Positions 38,840-49,631 of a DNA stretch of 64,000 nucleotides are shown one piece after another. The stretch is from positions 310,001 to 374,000 of the forward strand of contig CDLV01000017.1 in the NCBI GenBank assembly GCA_001244265.2, given 5' to 3'. This stretch comes from Microbotryum violaceum (taxonomy: Eukaryota). A program made the position numbers and the translations under genes. Position 1 is the stretch's first letter, and every line of letters begins with the position of its first letter. The notes under the pieces are model-generated. The model was not told the DNA's origin and ran no database searches. It saw only the letters and a list, made by a program, of their open reading frames with translations.

Positions 38840-39532
38840 TACGGAGGAGATGAAGTGAACGTCGTGGACAAATTTTGTAGATAATTTACAACCTTTATTT
38901 TCTTCTCGTCCTGTTGGAGTCATGATCGTTTGAACCAGACTCGTAATCAGGGTCTACTCTGGTGCTTGTGGTGGGTGAAGATTTTGCAAGTCATTTGTAA
39001 AGTGTCTCACAGATCGGCAAAGCGCGTGTGACGGATTGAGTGGGCGGCGCGGCGCGTCTCTATCTGGCTACCAACTTCAGACCGTTGACATAGCCCTTCT
39101 TGGTATTTATCGTCCGGCTGTGACGGCTATCTCACCTGTCGTGCTTTGGACCGGCAAAGGCTTCGCTGCACTGCTTGGGTCGCCCAGCAGTGGAAGCCGT
39201 CACCGGTGCGAGGCGCGGCGTTCGTGCGACCTCGCAGACGGCTACGAGGGCCGCATCGCTGAGCATTCACTCCTTGTGGTATTCTGGCTAGTGCTCTTGG
39301 TGGTGAGTCGAAAGAGAATTCAACCTGTGGGTGTTTCTGCTTGCTTTCGGACGGATGCTCATACTCAAGCTCATATCGCCGATAGAGGCGGACTCAGACA
39401 CGGGATAGGGGTGCACGTTATTCAACGCAGCAGCAGAACCCTTCCGCCACGTTCAACCCGGAGTGCGACATCATCACGCTCGAGGCTATCATCTTCATCG
39501 TCGTTCATTCATACCCACCGGTGGCCCGCACG

Positions 39533-41985
39533 ATGTCGTCACGAGCGATCTCCCCCACCTTCGATCCTCCGCGGGCACCATCAACTTCGCGCCTCATGGA
39601 CACGCCCGCACTGGATTTTAGACCAGAGTCAAACTCGAGTCCAAAGCGCAACCAAGCGTCATCAGCGTCATGGACGTCATGGCTGGAACCACATGAAGCC
39701 TCGATTCTAGCACCGTCGAGTTCAGACTCGCAAGGATCTTGTGAATCAGTAGGGCGGTCACGTGATTTGAGCGGTCCCGATCAATGTAAAGGCGAGCCCT
39801 CGGCTAGGACGATACGCAGACCTAACTTGGCTTCCCTTTCACCCATGTCTGATCGAGCCTTTGGACGGTCGAGTGGTGATTCGCACGCCACTAGAAACAG
39901 ATCCTCGAGAGCCGCGGTCGAACAAGCGTCGAGACCGGGCAAGCTGGGCTCCTCCTCCCCAATGCACAAGACCAGAGCTACCGGCGTCAGCTCGAGCACG
40001 CAGTGGACATCACCAGTTCTTTCGATTCAGGTGAAAAGGCTATCAAAGAAGCGAATGATCTTGAACGGAGCTTCAAGCAGGCCTTCAGCCTCGACGTCTT
40101 TGTCCCTACTCGCTGAGAACGGAGCTGACCCCATAATGAGAGGCACCCCCTCGTCCGCCTCGACCTGCATACCAAATTCGTCAACTACACCCATGACCAA
40201 AACTCTGCGTAGAAGATCTCGGACACCCTCTCCTACAGAGGATGCCAGAGCTTCTTGGCCGAAACGAGAGCCCTCACCTCAAATCGTGCCCAAGTCGCTC
40301 AAGCCAACCTCGTCAATACTCCGAGCTCGTTATCCGACCCCGCCCGTCTCCATTGCGTCCGCTCGAGGATCTTCAGTCGATCTGCGGACCTTTCATGAAC
40401 CAAGCGGGGAAAGGGGTCCGGTTGTGGCGGGTGACATCGATGTCATTATCATTGACGACACCGATGAGGAGCTTGATGACGAGCGAGACGGTCGACTCTC
40501 GTCTCCGAAGCGAGCGAGATATTCCCATAACTTATTTGACGAAGAGGAGATGGCTTCGGCTAGACGATCGTCTACGAGTCACCTCGGTGTTTCATCGAGG
40601 TGGAATACTAGCAAAACGACCGATCCACGTTCGTCGATCCGATCATCGACGATCCCCACACCCGAGCAGTTTGTCGTTGACCCCGAGCTGTTCATCGCCT
40701 CGGCCAACTGGTCACGCCGCATCATCATCGACGTGCTTTATCTCAATATCGACTGCCTCGCCTTGAAGCGAGAAGTTCCGGAAGGTCAAGCCATCGATCT
40801 TGAGCTCGAACTCGCGCTTGTCGCGGATGTGGATGGAGGTCGAAACGAGCTCGACCTCGTCGGCGAGTGCGTGCGTCTCGAACGCTGCGCATCGAATGCG
40901 ACCCGGCTCATTTTTGAGAGATCCAAACCACACACATTCGAGCTGGACTTTGATCCCACATCTCTTCGAACGGCTACGGATGTCCACGTCGAGATCACTC
41001 TGCGTAGCCTGGACGGCGAGAAATGGGACACAAAAGCTTGCCTGCCCATCTCTGACTGCGACGTTCGAGGCGTGGAGCACATCATCCCTTACGTTTCTGA
41101 ACAGACCCTTCGCTTCTCCAAGACAACAACGGCTCGAATGGCTTATCGATCAGCGGCGATGCTTGACAGCCGAATGTCCGAATTGGACTTCTCGGCTCGA
41201 GAGCTCGATCGACGCCTCGATCGGGTCAGACTCGAGAATGACCCGGTTTGGTTACCCGATGCTTTGGACGTTGCATCGATGCGGTACCAGGAAAGTCGAG
41301 AGACGATGCTGGGTCGGAATGAGATCCTTCAGCCGGTTGACCATGGTCCAACACGGTATACCTACGACTTCGTGGTGCGGCTTTCACTTTCCATTTCAGT
41401 GGAATTGGAACCCCTTACTGCAGCAGACTGACGCTGTCCCGGTTGGGTACTTGATCCTACCAGACAAAACGACCGGTGGATCTGGGCCAGCGTACCATGG
41501 AGCCAAGCACCACTGAGACAACTTTGAGTACGATCCAGGTTCGGCAGCAACTTAACGCGGTCAGTCTGTTGAGCTGCTCCAGTGCCAGAATGCCCGAGAG
41601 CCCTTCTGATCCTCAATAGTTCGAGTCCCGTATGCAGTTACTTTTACGCACGTCCTACACCGCGAAAGAACGTCTCGTCCGCCGCCTGCACCACTCGTGG
41701 ACGATATTGAACCCCTTCCCACCTTCGATCGTCGAGCGCGAACTCGCGTGTTGGAACCACTTTGCGCCCGTCATCGAGCACTTCATGGCCGGCCAGCAAC
41801 TCGAATGGTTCCTATGGACGAGTTTAGTCATGAAGGGTGAGAAGGGTCAGTATCGGGGTTTGTTGTCTGTCCCAGAATGGGAGCAGGTGAGGAAGATGTA
41901 TCGCAAGCAGGTTAGAAAGATTGAGAAAGGCAGGCGGCAATCGTATGAAGTCTGGCGAAGGCGTACGGAGGATTCGGTAGGGTAG
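39533..41985 (+). CDS. Uncharacterised protein with a long disordered N-half and a possible C-terminal VEFS-box-like domain
   Basis: 636-aa ORF plus two further exons (41464-41538, 41620-41985) joined by GT-AG introns in phase 0. Confidence 0.65.
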
Positions 41986-42836
41986 CAGGTGTTGCAACTC
42001 ATAAGTCGACGAAACCCTCCGAGAGGATTTATGAATGGGGGAGATTAGGTCATGTGCATTACCGAATGCGTTTGACCATGCTTCCCCGGTTGAGACATGG
42101 CGGTGGACAACTTTGTTCGAGTGAAAAAAGACTTGGTCGGCCTCCTCCCACAGCAGGCTCGCTAGGACCTTCCGGCGCTTTTCTGGGCCTTCTGCTAGCT
42201 TCCCGTTTCCACGTGAACAGTACACGTGAAGTCTACTGCACCGGGACCGCACACGGAACACAACGCCGCAACACGCATCGTGAGCGCTCGCCCGGAGTCT
42301 TCGCTCGAGACTTTGGTGAGGGCAGGATTCGCTTCGAACGTGTTCATCCCCCATCGTTGAAAAACAGACTGAGCATCGCTGCAAGAGCAATACATACCTG
42401 ACTAGAAAGAAAGACCGGACAAGGGCGAAGAGCCAGGTCCTATTCCAAAACCGGAAACGCCTTGCGAGAACGTGGTACAACAAAGGGTGCAAGGGCGAGT
42501 GCAGATTTGTTGGTTCCGGGGTCAACATGCGCATGATTGCGCCACGACACCGCATTATTCGACATCATTTTTACCCGGTTTCAAGCAAGCGATGCACCAT
42601 CCGCATCGCCTGTCGAACTAGGGGCTCGTTAGTGCGCATAGTAGCTGTGCTAGCCCCTGCCCACAGGTTTTAGGTTACTAGACTAGATGTGCCCAAACTC
42701 GCACTGGCCAGCCCATGCCCGCTAACATCTGAGTCCACGCCTCAAGCTTTCTTTCTTGGCGAGCGCGGTTAGTTGGATTAAATTCAAGATCTGTTCCTTA
42801 GACTCTGAAGCGCAGGCACGCTGCAGTGCAAGGGGA

Positions 42837-43016
42837 TGCCTTACAGAACAGCACTAAAGTAGCCTTTGAGTAGCTAGAACTGCCCGAGTTCTAGTTACAA
42901 CTTGCTTTTAGCCTAGCATAGCTAGAACTGCCGAGTTCTAGTTACGATTTGCCTTTAGCCTAGCAGTCAAGAACGACAGATTGTATTTTATGCACATCAG
43001 AGGCGCATACCTTACA
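42837..43016. mobile_element. Short dispersed repeat, copy 2, with an internal ~46-bp duplication of the hairpin unit
   Basis: Same TGCCTTACAGAACAG start and GCACATCAGAGGCGCATACCTTACA end as copy 1, in the same orientation. Confidence 0.65.
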
Positions 43017-43400
43017 CACGCAGGGAAACGCACTGCACAGCTTTCTCGCGCTGGGGGTATTCGCGCGATGGCCCCTCTCTTCGACTAGCCCAGCTCTCTC
43101 GGGTCTTGTTGAGCTCTAGCTTCTCGGCTTGCAGAAGGCTCGGCTCATTGAAGAACAAAAGGACTGTTCGACCACCAAGTCAAGCTAAAGCACATGGAGG
43201 GTTTCACGCTTGGGACAGCGCAGCGCCATCCATCTCGTTCGTCCGGCAATACAACTCTCTCTCGAGTAGGGGCTTGACAGATGGGCCAGAATGCAGTTTA
43301 GTGGAGAGGTGACATTCCTTTGCGCAAACGATGGGAAGAAAAGGCAGACGATAGTACAGGAAAGAAGGATGAACGACTGGTGGTTGAGACTAGGGCTCAT

Positions 43401-44740
43401 TCACTCTCTTCGTCGGATTCGGCTTCAGCTAGCCATTCCACGAACGGGCCAGCGGCCTTCCGGACCTTTTTCGAGATTTTTTTGTCGACGTACTGGCGAC
43501 GGGAATGGCGAGGATAAGTCAAAGAACACCAAAAACGTATGGTATCAGCCCGCAGCCACTCACCTTGCCAGAAGCGTGAGTTCCCCAGTGCGTGACGACC
43601 TCTTCCTCGAGCACGTCGGCCTGGTAGAACTTCATCAAGATCTTGGGTACGTCCGGGATGTGGTCGGGATACGTCTCGCCTACGAGGCGTTCAACACCGC
43701 CAAGCAAAGACTTTTGGTGCTTCTCCGACGTCGTCATCTGGTGTTGCAAAATCCCCAACTCAGCATTGTCTTCGCGCGTGTAGGTCATGTACAAACCCAC
43801 GACTTACCTTGAAGAAGAGGGGCAAATGCGCGTCAATCTCTTCAACAATCTTATCGGTGAAGAGTGCTTGAATGAGCACAAGCAACGTCTTGTGCTTTTT
43901 AGCGATACTCATCTCCTCGGCCTTTTTGTACACCTCGGCGTCTGACACGCTCCCTCGATTCTCGCGCACCCAATCGCCGAACGTATCGTACGGTCCACCG
44001 GCCTCATCATCGTCGTCATCGATGACCAACGAGTTCTGCAGCTTCGAGTCGAGCTGGTTGACGCGCGCCGCGACGGCCTCCTTGGACGTGTCAATCGACC
44101 ACTTGTCCTCCTTCTCGCGCTGGGCGATCAATGCCTTGGCCTGCTCGTCACTGAGCATCTCGGCGGCGCCGGCTTCGATCTTTTTTGTCAGTTCGTCGTC
44201 GGATTCGCCGTCCCCGACATCGTCCCCGGGTTGACCCGCGATCGAGTCAGCACCGGCGACGGCCTTCTTGTTGGATCGACCACCGGCTTTCTTGGACTTT
44301 GGGGGGTTCTTAAGGATGAAGGTCGTGAGTTTGTGGCGCATGTCGACGTTGCCGCGCTTGCCGCAGGCCTTGCAGTCACGGAGGATGAATTCGTCTTTGG
44401 TGATGATGAGCTCCGTTTCGGGGTTCTTGCACGACGCGCACAGCACGAACTTGTCGATGAAGACGTCGAGCAAGTCACGCAGACGATTCGTCTCGTGCGC
44501 GCCATTGACGATGTAGCGTTCGGTCTCATCGTTGAAGGTCGCCTGGGCGCCGAGTTCGCACCCAAAGAACTTGGTCGGGTACGACGACGGGCGATTCAAG
44601 GCTCGCGCGACATCAGCCATGTTGGGAAACACAGTCTTGATGCCGTTGCCGCGGCCCTCGATCTTGGTCAAGAGCGAGGGCATCTTGTAGCGGTAGAACT
44701 TGTCGTCGACGTCGCGACGGATGTTGACGATCGCAGCCAT
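43401..44740 (-). CDS. TIF5: Translation initiation factor eIF5
   Basis: [53 protein letters not shown] and the C-terminal W2 end [15 protein letters not shown]. Confidence 0.97.
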
Positions 44741-44780
44741 GATGGTTGACGTTCAAGCTGAAGATTGGGGAGTGAATGCC

Positions 44781-45090
44781 CTCTGTGGGGCGTGGATGTG
44801 CATTAGCGCCCAAGGTCCTTCGTGATGCCTGCTGTGTAGAGGTATGCGCGGATGACTCGTGCGTACACCGCAGGCGCGCTAGCAAGCACATGCTCCAGGC
44901 CGAAACCGAGTCACAAGCTCGTTCGCCAGCCACACCCCCCTCGACCAGCAGCAGCAGAGGTTGTGGAAGGAAGGCCATGCTTTCTCAACAGTGCAGAGTT
45001 CGGGTACGCACATTTGAGAGCAGTTTTGAAGGCTCGATGACGAGATTCGTAAAGTCGACGACGCTTGCAACAGTGGACGAGCAAGGACAT
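44781..45090 (-). promoter_or_regulatory. Poor-context uORF in the spliced eIF5 5' leader
   Basis: uATG at 45090 in context CTT-ATG-T, 26 codons. Stop T|AG forms across a predicted intron 45011-44783 (GTGCGT...GCTAAT...CAG). Confidence 0.7.
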
Positions 45091-45932
45091 AAGCTGTACT
45101 CGAGCTGAAGACTGCAATGTAGTTGCGTAGTCAAGTCGTCAGCTTGATCGGGCTACGGTGCGTGCTGAGGGGGGGAGCACGGGATGGATGGAGCTGCTGT
45201 TGCGACCGACGGACCTGTTCGTGTGAGCAACGTGCGACGCGGCCAGGGGCAGGGGCAGCGAAAACTGGAGCGTTGCAAGTGGCGATGGCGAACACGCGCA
45301 GCAAGATATGAGGGTGGAAGCGCGGGTCGGATCCAGCAGACTCCGGAAGGTGAAGTAATGTGAAGTAATGTGCGAGGAGCAAAGGGTGCTGCGGGTAGTG
45401 CAGGTGGGATGGTACGGAGCGAGTCAAAAGAGCGCCGAGCTGCCGCGAGCGCCGAGGCGGCGAGGTGTACGTCAGCACTTTTTGGACCCGGCCTGGCTAA
45501 CCGTGGGGTACGGTCGCATCCCACCACGCAGCTAAGCTAGAACAGCGTCGAGTGCCTCAAGTCTGAGATATAACAATGCTTCCGACTGCTCAACCCGACA
45601 TGGCGTGCTATTCGCTCAGGACAAGTTTCCCGCAATCCCGAAGTTCGATCGAGAAAATCTTTTCTGGCCGTGTCCGGGACTGACGAGACCGGAGAGAGAG
45701 AGAGAGTCAGATCTACCGTATCTCACCCTCATCTATGAGTAGGTCGACCAGTCGCCATCCGGGCGGGAGAAGAGTCTGCACGGAGCATCACCACCTCGAA
45801 GGATTCAACGGGCACTTTGCTTTTGTAATTTCACCATTCGGCGCGCCTTCACAACTGACTCGCAGCTACCTAGTCAACTGGATTGTTGTGTCTTGTAATG
45901 TAGACTTGGTTTCGGCGGTCGCTCTGCCCTCT

Positions 45933-47221
45933 TTAGGCTTCCTCAAGAGGGGGCGGCCCGTCGTCGTCGCTGCTGTCTTCTTCGGGAGCGTCGAGCGCGG
46001 CGGCATCGTCACCACCTTCTTCACCACCGAGACCGCCCATCCCTTGCGCCTTCATTTGAGCCTGTAATGAAATGACATTCGATTTAGACCCGAAAGCCCG
46101 TAAGCATCAGAGGCACAAACCAACAACTCACGAGCATCTTTTCGAAATCCTGCGCAAGTCGCCAAATAGTAAGACGTCAGAAGCCGAAGAGGACACGCGG
46201 AAATCTCTATCGTTCCACACTGATCAGCTTACCATCTCCCCTCCGGCGCCTCCCATACCGCCCATACCTCCCATCATGCTGGCAAAGTCAGGGGCCCCAC
46301 CGGCTCCACCCATGCCTCCCATTCCAGCCATCTGAAACAGTATGAAAAGCAGGGTTAGAACCCAAAAATCTTCGTTTGGCTCGACGAGTGGGCATGACTC
46401 GAAAGCTTACCGGGTCAGCAGCCTCGACCTCCTCGGCGGGGTCTTGCTCGTCCTCGTCAACCCATTTGCTGAAGTCGGTCTGTCGATGGTAAGAATAGGC
46501 GCTCAGAGTCAAGCTCAGAGTCAGTCACATGTTCTCGTCCACGCTTTTCGAAGTGAAAGGGGTCATGCTTCGTGTCGCTCGTAAGGGGATAACGCGCACG
46601 CGGCGGTGTGAGCTCACGCACCTTGAGGTAGTTGAGCTTTTGCTTCTCCTTGGTCAACCGGGGCCAGAACTCCTCCTGGGCGACCTTCTTGCGCAACACA
46701 AGGCTCAAGTTCTTGCCGTTCAAAGTACGCTTGAGCTCCTCGACCTCGGCAAAGAGCTCGAGCTCGAACGCGAACGTCTTGGCCGCAACGGTCGAAGCCG
46801 TGTTGGTGCCTTTTGGTGGGGTCGAGCGGCCGGAGAACTTGATATGTTGGCCCTCGATCGAAAGCTCGTACGAAGGATCAAGTTCGGGCACCGCGATGGT
46901 GAGGTAGACGATATTCTTCTCGGATTCGTGCTCGCTGTCGGCGCAGGACACGAGTGCATGTGGGTGGGAGCGTTGTGATCAAAGCATGCGACGAGGAGAG
47001 CGACCGGTGATCAGTACCATGGACGATAACCCATTCCAGGTGGCACAGGAACGTAGCCACGGCGCCGAATGCACTCGGGAGGGATTCCTTCTCCGAAGTT
47101 CGATCAAGCTCCGTGGTGGGGCCACGCCGGCAGAAAAGACACTCGAGGTGTCTGGGCTAGGTATGGCGACTCACCTTGAGCGCTGGGCCCACAGGACCTC
47201 GGGGTAAGATGTTGACGACAT
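45933..47221 (-). CDS. SBA1: Hsp90 co-chaperone p23 (Sba1/Wos2)
   Basis: PEVLWAQRS, IVYLTI, EEFWPRLTKEK, KTDFSKWVDEDEQ, GM-rich tail and acidic end GPPPLEEA*. Confidence 0.95.
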
Positions 47222-47771
47222 GGTGTTGTGCTGGTGAGACGTGCTGGGTATCGGATCAAACAGATTCGAGTGGGAGGAAGGCGAGAGCGAGTTGGCGCAA
47301 CGCCTCCCAACGCGCGCTTCTCTTGCAGTGACTCGCGGAGACTCGCGGAGATCAATCACTGCAGGAGCAATCGGATCAATCCGGATCAATCGGAAGCTCT
47401 CGTCGCGCACTGCTCCCGGTGCCTAACCTCCGCTCCATGTCATACCTCTGATCATCCCATCCGTCAACTGCCCGGTCGAGCAATTGCCTTTTTCTCCCTC
47501 CCACCTTGGTCGCACCGTCGCACGCCGGCATGTTGGCGGTCGCAGCTGCTCGGACATCGGCGCCCGGTGACAGCACCACGTACGGCCAGATAGGGGTTCC
47601 GTGTTTGTTGTAATGGGTATGCTTGCGTATCATATCGAGTCGCATTCGAGAGTATCCGATTCCAAGCTGTCCGAGAACAGCTTTGGCGCCGACGCCGACG
47701 ATGAAAACCATGCTTTTGTACCTCTGTCCCCCCATATCGACCGTCTGTTCTGTCTCTTGCGGCGATGTGGC

Positions 47772-49474
47772 ATGTCCGCCGCCCTTCCCCCAGCCTTCGA
47801 GTTCCTCACCGGGCTGTCGACATGGCTCCACCCGAATCTCTCCATTCGACCGTCTGCCGCACGCGGTGACGTCCTTGGAAGTGACGACGCAGCAGCAGGT
47901 GTCTCGATCTGGTCGACGGCCGCCATCGACGTCGGTCAAACAGGTTCGTCACCGCAGCCCACCTACTTCCCTTTTCCTTCCCCTCCCCACCTAACTTTTC
48001 ACCCCTAGTCGCTTGTATCCCCAAACGCTCCGTGCTCTCGCACCGCAGCTCGCAACTCCATCTCCCCGACTGGAACCGATCGCCGGACCTGTTCCCAACT
48101 CTCCGTCTCGTCCTCGTCGTTCTCTACGAGCTGCACCTAGGCCCTCAATCAAACTGGTCCGAATACCTCGCATCGTTACCCTCTGCAACAGTCCCCGTAG
48201 GAGTCTTGTGGACCGGGAAAGCGAAAGTATGGGCTCAAGGAACCCAAGTCGATCGAGTCGTCCGTGGATTGGGATTGGAGCATGTGCGTGTGGAGTACGA
48301 CCACATTCATTGGAGCAAATTTGCACTCGTCCTGAACGTCGTCTCAACCCACAGGAAGCGCTCCGACAGTTTTACGACGGGCTTCCGGAGAAAGTGCTCG
48401 GAGCGATCGGTCACCCCACAAGGGAAGCCTTCTTCCGAGCTTATTCGCTCGTCTCCTCCCGAGCCGTGAGTACTCACAGACCCCCCACCCCACTTTCACA
48501 AGCCTCCACACATCCCCCTTGAACAAGCTCGAATCACCTTTCCACAGTTCATGATCGACGCCTTTCACACCGTCGCCCTCGTCCCTTTGTTCGACCTCTT
48601 TAACCACTCCGATACGCCGCACGTCCATCCCGAAGCTGAGCATTGGGTCTGCTCGACTTGCGGTTCGTTCGGGTTTTGTTCGCATGACGATCAAGACGAG
48701 GGGGACGAACTGAGGGAGGAAGCACCATTGTCTTCCCCGACCTCGCACCCCACCGAGAGCGGGGAAGACGAGACTTATGACCTCGTGACCGTCCTCCCCA
48801 TCGACCCTTCCAACGGGGAGCAAGAAATTTTCAACACCTACGGCGAGCTGAGCAATGCTCAATTGGTCACGATGTATGGGTTCATGATCGATGGTAATCA
48901 GTACGATAGGGTCGATTTTGAGGTTGGGTTGGAGGAGGAACAGATGCGCGAATGGGAGGAGTTGATTTCGCTTTGGTCGGAGCTAGGACTTGGGCATGAG
49001 GAGCAGTGCCACGAGCTCATCATACCCCTTCCGACGACGACAAACTCGACGACTGGACCGGACCGTTTCATCAACGATGAATTCTACATCGACGCCGAAG
49101 CCCGACTCTCCGTACCCCTTTGGCTAGCCCTCCTGATCCAGTCTGAGATTCCCCTCCCCCGCTCATCGAGGAAGAAGCAAGAGGTCTTTCTTCAAAGTTT
49201 CTACGATTCCCTCTCAGCGACCACCTTTTCGCTCGGGCCATTAGCGAAGAGGAATTTGGCGGTTTTCAAGTCCCACGTCGAAATGATCGTGCTCCGGAAA
49301 GTCGAGGTCCAACATCGACCTGAATTGACCAGTCGGGACTTGTTCGATTTGGCCGAGACTGATGGGTTGGAGGAAATGGAACGTTTGGCGATGAAGTCGC
49401 TGGCGCTCGAGAGGGGTTTGTTGGAGACGCTGGTGGCGAAGCTTGCGGACTTGGTGGGGATGGTCTTAGGATAG
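47772..49474 (+). CDS. SET-domain protein lysine methyltransferase (Rkm3/SETD6-like)
   Basis: SNWSEYLASLP, AYSLVSSRAFMIDAFH..ALVPLFDLFNHS, VCSTCGSFGFCSHD, EIFNTYGELSNAQLVTMYGF. Confidence 0.85.
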
Positions 49475-49631
49475 AGCAAGAGTTTTGAGGGGCATTTGTA
49501 TGGTATCGACAGGGACACTAGGACCTGCATTGCAACGCATCATTTCATTGACCCTTCTCCTATTCGCATTCCTTCCTTCCAAAAGGACTCTCCCTCCTTT
49601 CAATTCTTAAATCAACCGATCGCATCTTTGA

